A DNA stretch of 64,000 nucleotides, taken from positions 317,444 through 381,443 of the IMG/VR virus record IMGVR_UViG_3300032334_002567; one strand, 5' to 3'. The position numbers and the translations under genes are program-made. Position 1 is the first letter of the stretch; each line of letters starts with the position of its first letter. Below, one piece after another: positions 6,712 through 15,551 of the stretch. A model generated the notes under the pieces. It made no database searches. It was not told the origin of the DNA and saw only the letters and a list, made by a program, of their open reading frames with translations.

Positions 6712-7398
6712 TTTTATATGGTTATTCTCTAAGAACATCTTCATTCTATCTAGTTTATTCCTCATATGACCTTCGTAATAGTTAAAATGGAATATCTTAT
6801 CTTCAGAATAGCTGGTTTTTTCGTTAGAATATAATCTAAATCTATCAGTCATGTCCTTCCAGATAATCTCTGGGTGGGAATAAAAGAACATATTGAACAT
6901 AGATTGCTCTAACTTAGGCGGATCTAAGTTCTTTTTTAGCTTTTCTTGCATATATTGGGATAACTTTAGAGCTAAATCTTTACTTAAACTAAAGAATCCA
7001 GCATTAATTCCCATATACTTTCTTTTAATTTCTATATCCCACCCCGTAGAACACCACTCGTTCAATTTTAAGCGGGTGTAGCTTTCATAGCAGTAAAGAT
7101 TGCTTTCTTTATTAAAATCCTTTTTAAACCACAACACATCGCTATCTATGTATATGAATCGGTCATAGTCTAAATTGAATATAGTTGGGCTGTATTTAAG
7201 GTCTCCAATATAATCCCAATCAGGTCTTATTTTTTCTGCTGGGGTTATTTCAGTTTCGTATTTTTCTTTTTGATCAATAGGAGCTACTATTTTGAAATTT
7301 ATATCTCCTAAATTAGCTTTTAGTGATTTATGTAGTAGTTTTGAGCATTCGAGTGCTTCGTGGTCTGGGGTGGATAATGTGTAAAATAAAATTTGCAT
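6706..7398 (-). CDS. GT-A fold glycosyltransferase (GT8-like)
   Basis: YIDSDV DxD, INAGFF, EQSMFN, FHF motifs. Confidence 0.65.
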   Translation of the reverse strand: MQILFYTLSTPDHEALECSKLLHKSLKANLGDINFKIVAPIDQKEKYETEITPAEKIRPDWDYIGDLKYSPTIFNLDYDRFIYIDSDVLWFKKDFNKESNLYCYESYTRLKLNEWCSTGWDIEIKRKYMGINAGFFSLSKDLALKLSQYMQEKLKKNLDPPKLEQSMFNMFFYSHPEIIWKDMTDRFRLYSNEKTSYSEDKIFHFNYYEGHMRNKLDRMKMFLENNHIKL

Positions 7399-7415
7399 AA
7401 AAGTATGTACTTGTT

Positions 7416-7443
7416 TTGCAATCTATTATTTTTATGATATACT
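7416..7443 (+). promoter_or_regulatory. Sigma70-type promoter TTGCAA-N16-TATACT, extended -10
   Basis: TGA precedes the -10; upstream of 7471. Confidence 0.55.
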
Positions 7444-7470
7444 GTTGTTCCTCTTTTATAAGGAACAAAT

Positions 7471-7659
7471 ATGACTCCCAGAAGAAGTAGAAAACAGGCG
7501 TTTCGGGATTATTGCGAAAAGGTGCGTATGTATTTGTCTGAGGAATGCATGGTAAATAACGTCGATGCTAAAGTGGATGATGAAGATATAGGGTTTTATT
7601 TTCGTGATAAGCACGATGTTCAGACTGCTGCTATGCTTATAAAGGAAGTTTTAGATTAA
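7471..7659 (+). CDS. Hypothetical protein
   Basis: AAGGA RBS. Confidence 0.6.
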   Translation: MTPRRSRKQAFRDYCEKVRMYLSEECMVNNVDAKVDDEDIGFYFRDKHDVQTAAMLIKEVLD

Positions 7660-8531
7660 TGTTGAAATTGGTGAGGCCAGCATATTCTGAGATATGTCTT
7701 TTAGTAAAGTCATATAATGAAATAGATTTTGAGGATTGGCTGCGTCACTATACTTCTTTAAAAGCTGATAAAATAACCATATTTGATAATGAGTCCAGTA
7801 TAAATGTTCGTAAAATAGTAAAAAAGGTAGATAATAACAGGGTAGCGGTTAGGGAGATAAAGGGATTTCCTAATCAGTCTCGTTTATATACAAATTATTG
7901 TAAGGAGAGCGATTCTAGGTGGGTTTTCTTTGTAGATGATGATGAGTTCTTGTATTTGAATAATAAAGCGAATGATATAAACAGCTTGTTGTGTAATTAT
8001 GAGAAGTATTCTGGGCTTTGTTTTAATTGGTTGTTTATGAGTTATGATAAGCCTATTGTAGATCGTCCAGTTCCGTCTTGTATAGATTATTGTTTATATT
8101 CCAGTGATAGGAAGAATAGTTTAAATAGTCATGTAAAGACCTTTGTGAATCCTAAGATGGTGCGTGGTTATGGGGATCCTCATTTGCCAGCTTTTAGGAG
8201 TGGCTTTGCAGTAAACTTTGATTATAAGCGGTGTAAACGTCCAGTTTTTGAGAGGTTTACTGATTCTGTTATATTATTTCATTATTATTTGAAGTCAAAA
8301 TTAGATTGGGAGGAGAAGCGTAAACGGGGTAGGGCCACAACTTTATCTGTTCGCATCTCAGCGTACGAGAAAATAGTTAACTTTCGTTTATGTAAGAATT
8401 TTGATACTAGGATGATGGAGTATAAGAAGAGATGGGGCCAGTTCACTCCCGATAGTTTGAATTGGCGAGATTTGTCAATTACGGGTCGTCAGAATATTGA
8501 TTCGCCTAATCCAATTAGAAAAATGATTTGA
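7659..8531 (+). CDS. Glycosyltransferase (GT2/GT92-like)
   Basis: DWLRHY, IFDNES, WVFFVDDDEFL, HVKTFVNP, LFHYYLKS. Confidence 0.75.
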   Translation: MLKLVRPAYSEICLLVKSYNEIDFEDWLRHYTSLKADKITIFDNESSINVRKIVKKVDNNRVAVREIKGFPNQSRLYTNYCKESDSRWVFFVDDDEFLYLNNKANDINSLLCNYEKYSGLCFNWLFMSYDKPIVDRPVPSCIDYCLYSSDRKNSLNSHVKTFVNPKMVRGYGDPHLPAFRSGFAVNFDYKRCKRPVFERFTDSVILFHYYLKSKLDWEEKRKRGRATTLSVRISAYEKIVNFRLCKNFDTRMMEYKKRWGQFTPDSLNWRDLSITGRQNIDSPNPIRKMI

Positions 8532-8665
8532 ATTTAATAAAAGGGCCGATTGTGGAATTTAATAAAAGACCCGATAGTGATATTTTATAGTTAGTTACTT
8601 GTTTAGGAAATTATAATACAAGTGGCGGCACAATATCTAATTGTGCCTATTTTGGAATATTGTTT

Positions 8666-9658
8666 ATGAAAAAAATATCGATTCTTTTTTATGGAATTAG
8701 TAAACCGATTATAGAGCATGATTATATTGTAAAAGATATATTTATGGACTATAGTGTTACATGTGACTATATTTTGGCCAACAAAGAAGAAGTAAATAGA
8801 AAGTATGATATTTTTGTTTATAATTGTAGGAATCCAAATTGTAAAACTCATTTTGGTTTTGCTCCATCGTATGAGCAAGTTAAGAATGCGATTCTTAGGT
8901 TTGAGCCAAAAGTTGTCATCCAACTATCAGACGAGTGTTGGAGGGAACGCAACGACGTTCATAACTTGCTAGGTAACTTTTGTGGTCTTTTTTTAAGACA
9001 GTATAGGCATCATTGTCATTTAGCTTTATATACAAAAAACACAGTGCAAATTCCACTAGGATATTTAAACGGGTTTTATGATAGGTCTGTTGAAGTAAAA
9101 AAAATTAAAGATAGAAAGTACACATGGTCTTGGGTGGGATATTTGAAATCTGATCGGCGGGAGATGATTAATATTTTTTGGAAGATGTGGAACAACATTA
9201 CTATTTGCAATTCAAATGTCCCTGCAAATGAGGTTTTTGATATTTTTTCTAATTCTATTTTTGTTCCATGTGGTAGAGGCAATTTTACTTTAGACTGCTT
9301 TAGAAATTACGAAGCAACAATTGCTGGGGCCATTCCTGTGGTTGTTGGGTCTCAAGAAGAAATTAATTGTGCATATAAATATGAAGAAGCTCCGCCATGG
9401 ATATATGCAAATAATTGGGCTGAGGCGGTTGTTAAATGTCAAAAAATTCAATTTGACTTTAACAGGCTACAAGAAATGCAAGAAGCAAACATTGCATGGT
9501 GGAATCGCACAATAGACTCGATACGTAATAAAATATCAGATGCTCTTAGGGATGAAAAAAGTGATTATTCTTCTTTGTTAGTAAAAAATCTTCAAGAAAA
9601 AATATTAGAACAAGAATCTATTATTCAAAAGCCAATTTCTATAGTACGATATAGTTAG
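8666..9658 (+). CDS. Exostosin/GT47-like glycosyltransferase
   Basis: SIFVPCGRGNFTLDCFRNYEATIAGAIPVV signature; IPLGY. Confidence 0.65.
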   Translation: MKKISILFYGISKPIIEHDYIVKDIFMDYSVTCDYILANKEEVNRKYDIFVYNCRNPNCKTHFGFAPSYEQVKNAILRFEPKVVIQLSDECWRERNDVHNLLGNFCGLFLRQYRHHCHLALYTKNTVQIPLGYLNGFYDRSVEVKKIKDRKYTWSWVGYLKSDRREMINIFWKMWNNITICNSNVPANEVFDIFSNSIFVPCGRGNFTLDCFRNYEATIAGAIPVVVGSQEEINCAYKYEEAPPWIYANNWAEAVVKCQKIQFDFNRLQEMQEANIAWWNRTIDSIRNKISDALRDEKSDYSSLLVKNLQEKILEQESIIQKPISIVRYS

Positions 9659-9693
9659 TTAAAAAAGCGTATTATTTTGCTAAATATGTTTAT

Positions 9694-10473
9694 ATGAGAT
9701 TCTCTAATTTTCTAATTTTATCAGAATACGCCCAAGGCATGTCAGACTTGGCGACAAGATACTTACAGGGCCAAATAAAGCCTGAAGATTTTGAGGCACT
9801 TACCAGAAGCAATTATGTCCAAAGAAATATGGATCTTTGGCGAAGCAATACTCAAGGCGGTTTTAGCCCAAGATTCCAACAATGGAAAGAGTGGTACAAT
9901 AACATCAAACAACAATTAATTTCTAGTATGGAAAAAATTGGTTGGATTAATGATGAAAACCCCGGCTGGTTTCAGTTTAGTTTGCCAAAACAAAATCGGG
10001 ATAAAATTGACGGCAAAACTTTTAAACTCTATTATTCTGTTGATGTGAAAGATTGTGCTAATTTTGTTCAAAATCTTCCAAGTTTAGCCAATAACTTAAG
10101 TCAAGTTAATACTCAAAACCAACTTTCCTTTAAGATCCCAAGCACTTATTCAACGTTCATGACCGAAAGAGATTCTCTTGTTGTTCATTTTTATGATAAA
10201 CAAGCAAATCAAGAAATTAATCAAGCTGTTATTTCTTTCTTTCAAAATGCTGGGGTTACTCCACAAGATAGAAGAAAAATTTACCAGACAACTGATCACG
10301 GTGTTGATCTTGACGGCAAGTCTGATACTCAATTAGTAGTTCAAAAATTTATGCAATTTATAGACCACAACAAACAGTATTTGTTAGACTTACAAAAAAG
10401 AGATCCTTCTAAATTTACAAAAGATTTAGACCAATTGTGGCAGCATATATCGCAAAAAGGATATCATAGGTAA
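9694..10473 (+). CDS. Hypothetical protein with capsid-targeting-like N-terminus
   Basis: MRFSNFLILSE; FKIP...RDSLVVHF segment. Confidence 0.6.
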   Translation: MRFSNFLILSEYAQGMSDLATRYLQGQIKPEDFEALTRSNYVQRNMDLWRSNTQGGFSPRFQQWKEWYNNIKQQLISSMEKIGWINDENPGWFQFSLPKQNRDKIDGKTFKLYYSVDVKDCANFVQNLPSLANNLSQVNTQNQLSFKIPSTYSTFMTERDSLVVHFYDKQANQEINQAVISFFQNAGVTPQDRRKIYQTTDHGVDLDGKSDTQLVVQKFMQFIDHNKQYLLDLQKRDPSKFTKDLDQLWQHISQKGYHR

Positions 10474-10500
10474 ACTTAATTTACATGAATAACTACCTTT

Positions 10501-10893
10501 CTATTTGGTATTCCCTATTGTTATATGGTATTCGCTTCTTTGAATTCCTCCATAAAATCTATCGTCACGATATTGGGGCAGACCTAGTTCCTGCCTTATA
10601 TAGCCTATTTCACTGCTATAAGCATTTATCCAGAAATACATACCATCTGTTTGTATGATGGGTTCATATTGGTATGTTATGATTCTGCCTTCGTGCTTCC
10701 TCCAAAACTCCATTTTTGTTGGAGTTTCTTTGTTCTTTCTTACAATTGTTATATGTGCAAGAGCTTTTTGGGGCTTTGCATAATAGTATCTTGGGATAAG
10801 ACTTCTATAGTAGTCGCTTATACTTTGGTCTATGTTTGCAACTACTTGTATATTTTCATCATATGCAACGATTGCCTTAGCTGTATACAACAT
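10501..10893 (-). CDS. 2H phosphoesterase family protein
   Basis: Two HxT motifs, AHITIV and YHITIG, about 76 aa apart. Confidence 0.7.
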   Translation of the reverse strand: MLYTAKAIVAYDENIQVVANIDQSISDYYRSLIPRYYYAKPQKALAHITIVRKNKETPTKMEFWRKHEGRIITYQYEPIIQTDGMYFWINAYSSEIGYIRQELGLPQYRDDRFYGGIQRSEYHITIGNTK

Positions 10894-10951
10894 TTCTATC
10901 TTTCAAATACGTATATACAATAGCACAATAGTGCTAACAAGGAGGTTTATT

Positions 10952-11491
10952 GTGGGAGCTACAACAACAGAAGGAACTGGTCCGGGTTCTGTGGACAAAA
11001 TTCTACCAACTATAAAGAATGGTAAAATCTATTTGTCTAATATTATAAACATAAAAAGTCTTCTTGAAGGAGTTCTCGTTCTTGAGGAATTTGAACCAAG
11101 TTTTTCACAATTGTCGGCACCTGTGGAAAATTATGTGGAAAAAGTTCAAAAAGAACAAGTGGAAAAGAAAATTCAAATTTCGCAAAGCTTTAAGCACAAC
11201 ATTAATGTCCACCATTCAGTTACTATAAAACCAGAAGCTGTTTTACCTTTGTCTTTAGATAAGAAGGAATCTTATAAGGTAGTTATATCCAAACAAACTA
11301 GATCAAAGAACAAAAATATGTTGAGCCATTCTAATAAAAAGCAAACCAAACAAAGAAGAAAAGTAATTTTAGAGCCTAGAAATAAAATTCAGAAAAAACA
11401 AAGAAAAAAAATAATTAGTTCTGAGGTTTTGTTAATTGGAAATAATCAGAAGGTAATTATTTCAAAAAACAGTAGTATTTTTGATAAATAA
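10952..11491 (+). CDS. Hypothetical protein, basic C-terminus; N-terminus paralogous to 11530
   Basis: GGAGG RBS before GTG 10952, in frame with track ORF 10832. Confidence 0.6.
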   Translation: MGATTTEGTGPGSVDKILPTIKNGKIYLSNIINIKSLLEGVLVLEEFEPSFSQLSAPVENYVEKVQKEQVEKKIQISQSFKHNINVHHSVTIKPEAVLPLSLDKKESYKVVISKQTRSKNKNMLSHSNKKQTKQRRKVILEPRNKIQKKQRKKIISSEVLLIGNNQKVIISKNSSIFDK

Positions 11492-11529
11492 TTATGTAGG
11501 AGTTAGTCTTTAACCAAGGAGGTGTACAC

Positions 11530-12078
11530 ATGGCTGCAACTACAACAATGGGAACCGGTGTTGGTTCTGTGGATAATGTCTATAATAAATTAAAAAATGG
11601 TGTTGTTAATTCATCAAATGTTGTTAACAATTCTTTAAAGTCTGTTGACGTTTTACGTAAGCCACTTTTGGTAACAGCTGATACTTTAACTGTCACGGAA
11701 GATTATGCAGGTAGAGTTGTTTGTTTAGATAGGGCTGCTGGCGTTACTGTTACTTTACCAGCCGCAACTGGAACTGGAAATGTTTACAAGTTTGTTGTTT
11801 CAACAACAGTAACAAGCAACAATGACGTAATCAAAGTTGCCAATGCTGTTGATTCAATGGCAGGTCGTGCATTAGCTTGTGCTGATAGCGGCAACACTGT
11901 CAATGGTTGGGAAGTTGTATCCGGTGATGATACTATCACACTAAACGGTGGAACTAAAGGTGGATATGTTGGCGACACAATTGAAATTATTGATATCAAA
12001 GCCAATCTCTTTTTAGTTAATGCTTACCTAAATCAGACAGCCTCAGAAGCCACTCCATTCAGTGCAACTGTTTCTTGA
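11530..12078 (+). CDS. Probable virion structural/decoration protein
   Basis: AGGAGG RBS; Thr/Val/Gly beta-rich, LDRAAGVTVTLPAATG motif. Confidence 0.55.
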   Translation: MAATTTMGTGVGSVDNVYNKLKNGVVNSSNVVNNSLKSVDVLRKPLLVTADTLTVTEDYAGRVVCLDRAAGVTVTLPAATGTGNVYKFVVSTTVTSNNDVIKVANAVDSMAGRALACADSGNTVNGWEVVSGDDTITLNGGTKGGYVGDTIEIIDIKANLFLVNAYLNQTASEATPFSATVS

Positions 12079-12103
12079 TTTTAAATAATATTTATTAAAT
12101 GGT

Positions 12104-12141
12104 AGTGAGGGTAGGGTGAAAGCCTTACCCTCACTTTTTTT
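12104..12141 (+). terminator. Rho-independent terminator
   Basis: AGTGAGGGTAGGG / CCTTACCCTCACT + T-tract. Confidence 0.85.
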
Positions 12142-12167
12142 GTATTGATACCTCATAAATAAAGATT

Positions 12168-12527
12168 ATGAGCAATAATTCTTTTAAATCGTGGTTGAAA
12201 CTATCGGAAGATGGTGGAGGTGCCGGTGGTGGTGGAGGTGCCGGTGGTGGTGGAGGTGCCGGTGGTGGTGCCGGTGGTGGTGGAACTAGTGGTGGTGGAA
12301 CTAGTGGTGGTGGAACTAGTGGTGGTGGAACTAGTGGTGGTGGAACTAGTGGTAGTGGAACTAGTGGTGGTGGAACTAGTGGTGGTGGAACTAGTGGTGG
12401 GCAAAATCCTCCCATGGGCAGTGGAACTGGCAAAGATAATATCGCCAAAGTTCCTACACGTTGGGGATGTTGTGGAATTTGGCCATATTGGAAAAAGAAA
12501 AGAAGAAAAAAGAAAAAAAGTGGATAA
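12168..12527 (+). CDS. Gly-rich low-complexity protein with basic tail
   Basis: FKSWL..SE N-terminus, (GGGTS)8, C-terminal WKKKRRKKKK. Confidence 0.65.
   Translation: MSNNSFKSWLKLSEDGGGAGGGGGAGGGGGAGGGAGGGGTSGGGTSGGGTSGGGTSGGGTSGSGTSGGGTSGGGTSGGQNPPMGSGTGKDNIAKVPTRWGCCGIWPYWKKKRRKKKKSG
12213..12398. repeat. Coding tandem repeats (GGTGGTGGAACTAGT x ~8 and GGTGGAGGTGCC units)
   Basis: Directly visible. Confidence 0.9.
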
Positions 12528-12996
12528 TAAAGAGCTACTGCCTTCCATTCCTGATGATCAAAAAAAGAAGGTATTCTCGTTAATAGAGGAATTTAAGAAT
12601 TTTGCTTTTAAGGGCAACGTTGTTGATCTAGCTGTGGGTATGGTTATTGGGAGTTCTTTTAGTAATATAGTAAACAGTTTAGTCAACAACCTAATTACTC
12701 CGATAATAGGTATAGTTTTACCGGGTGATGTTGGACTTAAAGATTGGCAAATAGTTGTTGGCGAAAAACGAATACCTTTTGGTGCATTCTTTAATGATGT
12801 ATTTGGATTCTTACTCACTGCGACTATTTTGTTCTTATTCTTGAAGAAGTTTTTAGTTTGGTTGTTGAAGTCTAGAAGAGAGGTGGACTTGAACAAACCT
12901 CCTCTAACTAAAGACCAAGAACTATTGCGTCAAAACAACGAAGTACTTAACCAAATAAAAGACATTTTATTGAGAAGTCAAAGTACCGGACTATAG
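12520..12996 (+). CDS. mscL: Large-conductance mechanosensitive channel
   Basis: EEFKNFAFKGNVVDLAVGMVIG, second TM, ELL..IKDIL tail; probable GTG start at 12520. Confidence 0.92.
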   Translation: MDNKELLPSIPDDQKKKVFSLIEEFKNFAFKGNVVDLAVGMVIGSSFSNIVNSLVNNLITPIIGIVLPGDVGLKDWQIVVGEKRIPFGAFFNDVFGFLLTATILFLFLKKFLVWLLKSRREVDLNKPPLTKDQELLRQNNEVLNQIKDILLRSQSTGL

Positions 12997-13889
12997 ACTG
13001 CGGCGTGTTTGACAGCATAGTTAATTACATCTTTTTTAATTTGTCTGATTCTTTCTTTGGATACATCAAAGATTTTGCCAACATCTTGTAGAGTCATGCC
13101 CTCTTCTTGGTCTATTCCAAAGTAATACTTCAAAATAGTAATTTTGGCATCGGCATTTTTCATATTGCTCCTAATAATTTCAAATACTCTTTCAACAACT
13201 TCCCTGTTATGTTTATTTTTTAATTCCACAACAGCAAAATCTTCTTTTTGTTGTTGTAAGGTTTCTGGTTCTTCTATTCCTGTGAATCGTTCTTCTAGCT
13301 TCCTATAGTTTGAGTAATCTCTATGGAGGTTTCTCTTAAGAACATTTACATAATAGGTGGAAAATTTAAAGTTGAGTCTATAATCGAAGTATTCGATAGA
13401 CTTTAACATATGCATGTATGCGTTTGAAAAGAATTCGTCTCTTTGTGGTCCATCTTGTTCAGCAAATTTACTTACTTGCTTGACGATTAATCTCATATTG
13501 GATTTAAGTAGAATGTTTCTTACTTCTTGTAGTTTGTTAATGGTATCCTCTATTTCTAAGAGGCTTTTCTCTCTAAGTCTTTCCAACTTCACGGGGGGAG
13601 ATTGCTTAGGAGATTTGTTGTCTTTTGGTTTCTCAAATCCTGTGGTTAGTTTTTTAAGTCTATATTTCAAGTAATTGTATTTGCGAAAAAGGTGGTATTC
13701 TTGTTCTTTCTTCAACAGGGGAGAACAGTTTAGAATGTTGTTATGATCGACTTTGTCATAGCAAAGATTAACATCTGCCAATAATGGCTTTCTGTTGTTG
13801 CCCTCAAAAGATTTCTCGAAGAAAAATCTATCAGGAATGCATGAAATAATCTTTTCAAGTCTTTCATTCTTGGTCATGCTTATCTCCAT
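12978..13889 (-). CDS. RNA polymerase sigma-70 family factor
   Basis: PLL..EQE, SNMRLI, FDYRLNFKFSTY, TLQDVGKIFDVSKERIRQI. Confidence 0.9.
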   Translation of the reverse strand: MEISMTKNERLEKIISCIPDRFFFEKSFEGNNRKPLLADVNLCYDKVDHNNILNCSPLLKKEQEYHLFRKYNYLKYRLKKLTTGFEKPKDNKSPKQSPPVKLERLREKSLLEIEDTINKLQEVRNILLKSNMRLIVKQVSKFAEQDGPQRDEFFSNAYMHMLKSIEYFDYRLNFKFSTYYVNVLKRNLHRDYSNYRKLEERFTGIEEPETLQQQKEDFAVVELKNKHNREVVERVFEIIRSNMKNADAKITILKYYFGIDQEEGMTLQDVGKIFDVSKERIRQIKKDVINYAVKHAAVYSPVL

Positions 13890-13915
13890 CCTTGGTTTAA
13901 AGAAAGGGGATTTTG

Positions 13916-13943
13916 ATTATAGCATGGAATTTTTGCTTGACAA
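13916..13943 (-). promoter_or_regulatory. Sigma70-type promoter TTGTCA-N16-TATAAT, extended -10
   Basis: TGC precedes the -10; upstream of the sigma gene. Confidence 0.65.
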
Positions 13944-13965
13944 GTTTGAGTTTCTTTAAATTAGA

Positions 13966-14739
13966 CTAAATTATAATTTTGCTTTTGCCATTTAGATACT
14001 TGCCATATAATTTTTGTGCTTCAAGGAATACTAATTTTTCTTGATGTGGCAGCCATTCAACCATTTTGTTTTCCATGATAATATCGTCTAACCTATAATG
14101 AAAATTTTCACACAACTCAAAAATGTAATCTTTTTTTCCCATGTAAAAGTTATCTATGCCAAGGCAGTTAGTATTTGAGGTGAAAAGTATGTTCTGATTT
14201 TTGTAGCTTTTAGTAAAGTTTAGTAGATTATTGGCTTGAAATTGTTCTTCTTTTACGTCATTGTTTTGATAAACATTAAATATATCAAATCTTGTATTGA
14301 CAACAGCTTTGTATCTTATTTTTGATTTTTGAGCTTTGTTGACTGCATGAAATATTCCGTACCACATTTTCTTCCAAGCAATCACTGGGCACCTACTTGC
14401 ATAGTAGCGTTTAACAGGAGCAGGAAGAAAATTTGTGAGTTTTTCTCCTAAGTTTCCATGGATTTCTCCATTTATTTGTATTTCACTATCATCTTCTATT
14501 GTTAGATCTTTTATATTTTTTAAATTTCTATCAAAGTAAGACATGATTAGTTCTTCTTTGATTTCATAAGTTGGAGATTGCAAGATTCTCCAACTTGATT
14601 CTGCTTCGTTTTTATTCCAAGTATGGATGAATATATCTAAATCAAAATTTTGTGATAGTTCGAATATAAAATCACTAAATTCTGTGTTTTTGGTCACTTC
14701 TCTTTCGTGTCCACGTATTAGAATAGCGATTTTTTCCAT
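13966..14739 (-). CDS. Glycosyltransferase-like hypothetical protein
   Basis: KIAILIRG, DIFIHTW, TRFDI motifs. Confidence 0.45.
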   Translation of the reverse strand: MEKIAILIRGHEREVTKNTEFSDFIFELSQNFDLDIFIHTWNKNEAESSWRILQSPTYEIKEELIMSYFDRNLKNIKDLTIEDDSEIQINGEIHGNLGEKLTNFLPAPVKRYYASRCPVIAWKKMWYGIFHAVNKAQKSKIRYKAVVNTRFDIFNVYQNNDVKEEQFQANNLLNFTKSYKNQNILFTSNTNCLGIDNFYMGKKDYIFELCENFHYRLDDIIMENKMVEWLPHQEKLVFLEAQKLYGKYLNGKSKIII

Positions 14740-14742
14740 AGT

Positions 14743-15537
14743 TTAGATTACCATAGTAAGGCATTTACAAGCTCCACCGGCCTTTATAAATTCACTCATA
14801 TTTGTTTCGTGAACTTTGTAGCCTCTGCTCTCTAGCAATTCCTTGGTACTACTGCATCCTGCCGGTATAACAATATTGTTTTCAATAAGAACTGCATTAC
14901 AGGCAAACTTTAATGCATCTTCTTGTGCGACTTCTAGCAATTCAAACTTACTTCTTAAGAAAGAAATTTTGTCATCATCAAAAGCCTTTGGATATATCAA
15001 AATTTGCTTGTTATTTAAAGGACAGAAGCATGTATCTAAATGATAAAAATAAGGATCTACAAGATTGAGCCTTATACACTTAACGTGGTAGTCTAACAAA
15101 GATTGCCAAATTTCATGGTCATATGCTTCTTCGTCACTTCTGAAGCCGTAACCCATAAAGATGTACCGATCTTTTATCAGACAATCTCCAGCTCCTTCAA
15201 ACCTTAAATTTTCAGGAAGCTCAAAAGTTTTACAATTATTGCTCAAGAACCAATTTTTGTAAAGTTGCTTTTCTGGGATTCTTTCTTTATATTTAAAATT
15301 TGAAAGTAAAATGTTGTTTTCAATTAATATTCCTGCATTGGCTGTAAAGACTATGTCTGGAAGCTTGTCGGCAGGGGGCATTCTAAGGACATTAACGTTC
15401 AAAGATTCTAGGATTGAAATTAAGTTTTGCCATTGTTGATTGGCTAGTTCTTGGTTTACCTTTTTTTCTAGGCTCATCCAAGGGTTAATTTCATAGTCAA
15501 TTTGATAAAAAGATGGATCACAAGTAAGTATATTCAT
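14743..15537 (-). CDS. Amidinotransferase/DDAH (pentein) family protein
   Basis: YEINPWM, PDIVFTANAG, FEGAGD, YHLDTCF, SEFIKAGGACKCLT. Confidence 0.88.
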   Translation of the reverse strand: MNILTCDPSFYQIDYEINPWMSLEKKVNQELANQQWQNLISILESLNVNVLRMPPADKLPDIVFTANAGILIENNILLSNFKYKERIPEKQLYKNWFLSNNCKTFELPENLRFEGAGDCLIKDRYIFMGYGFRSDEEAYDHEIWQSLLDYHVKCIRLNLVDPYFYHLDTCFCPLNNKQILIYPKAFDDDKISFLRSKFELLEVAQEDALKFACNAVLIENNIVIPAGCSSTKELLESRGYKVHETNMSEFIKAGGACKCLTMVI

Positions 15538-15551
15538 TGATAATATTATAG

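Noticed and set aside
12131-12548. VVVEL-, PPPLV- and TTSS-repeat ORFs, including a long N-terminal extension of MscL
   Set aside because: Alternative frames of the 15-nt repeat; the Gly frame has a credible start and MscL homology begins near 12520.
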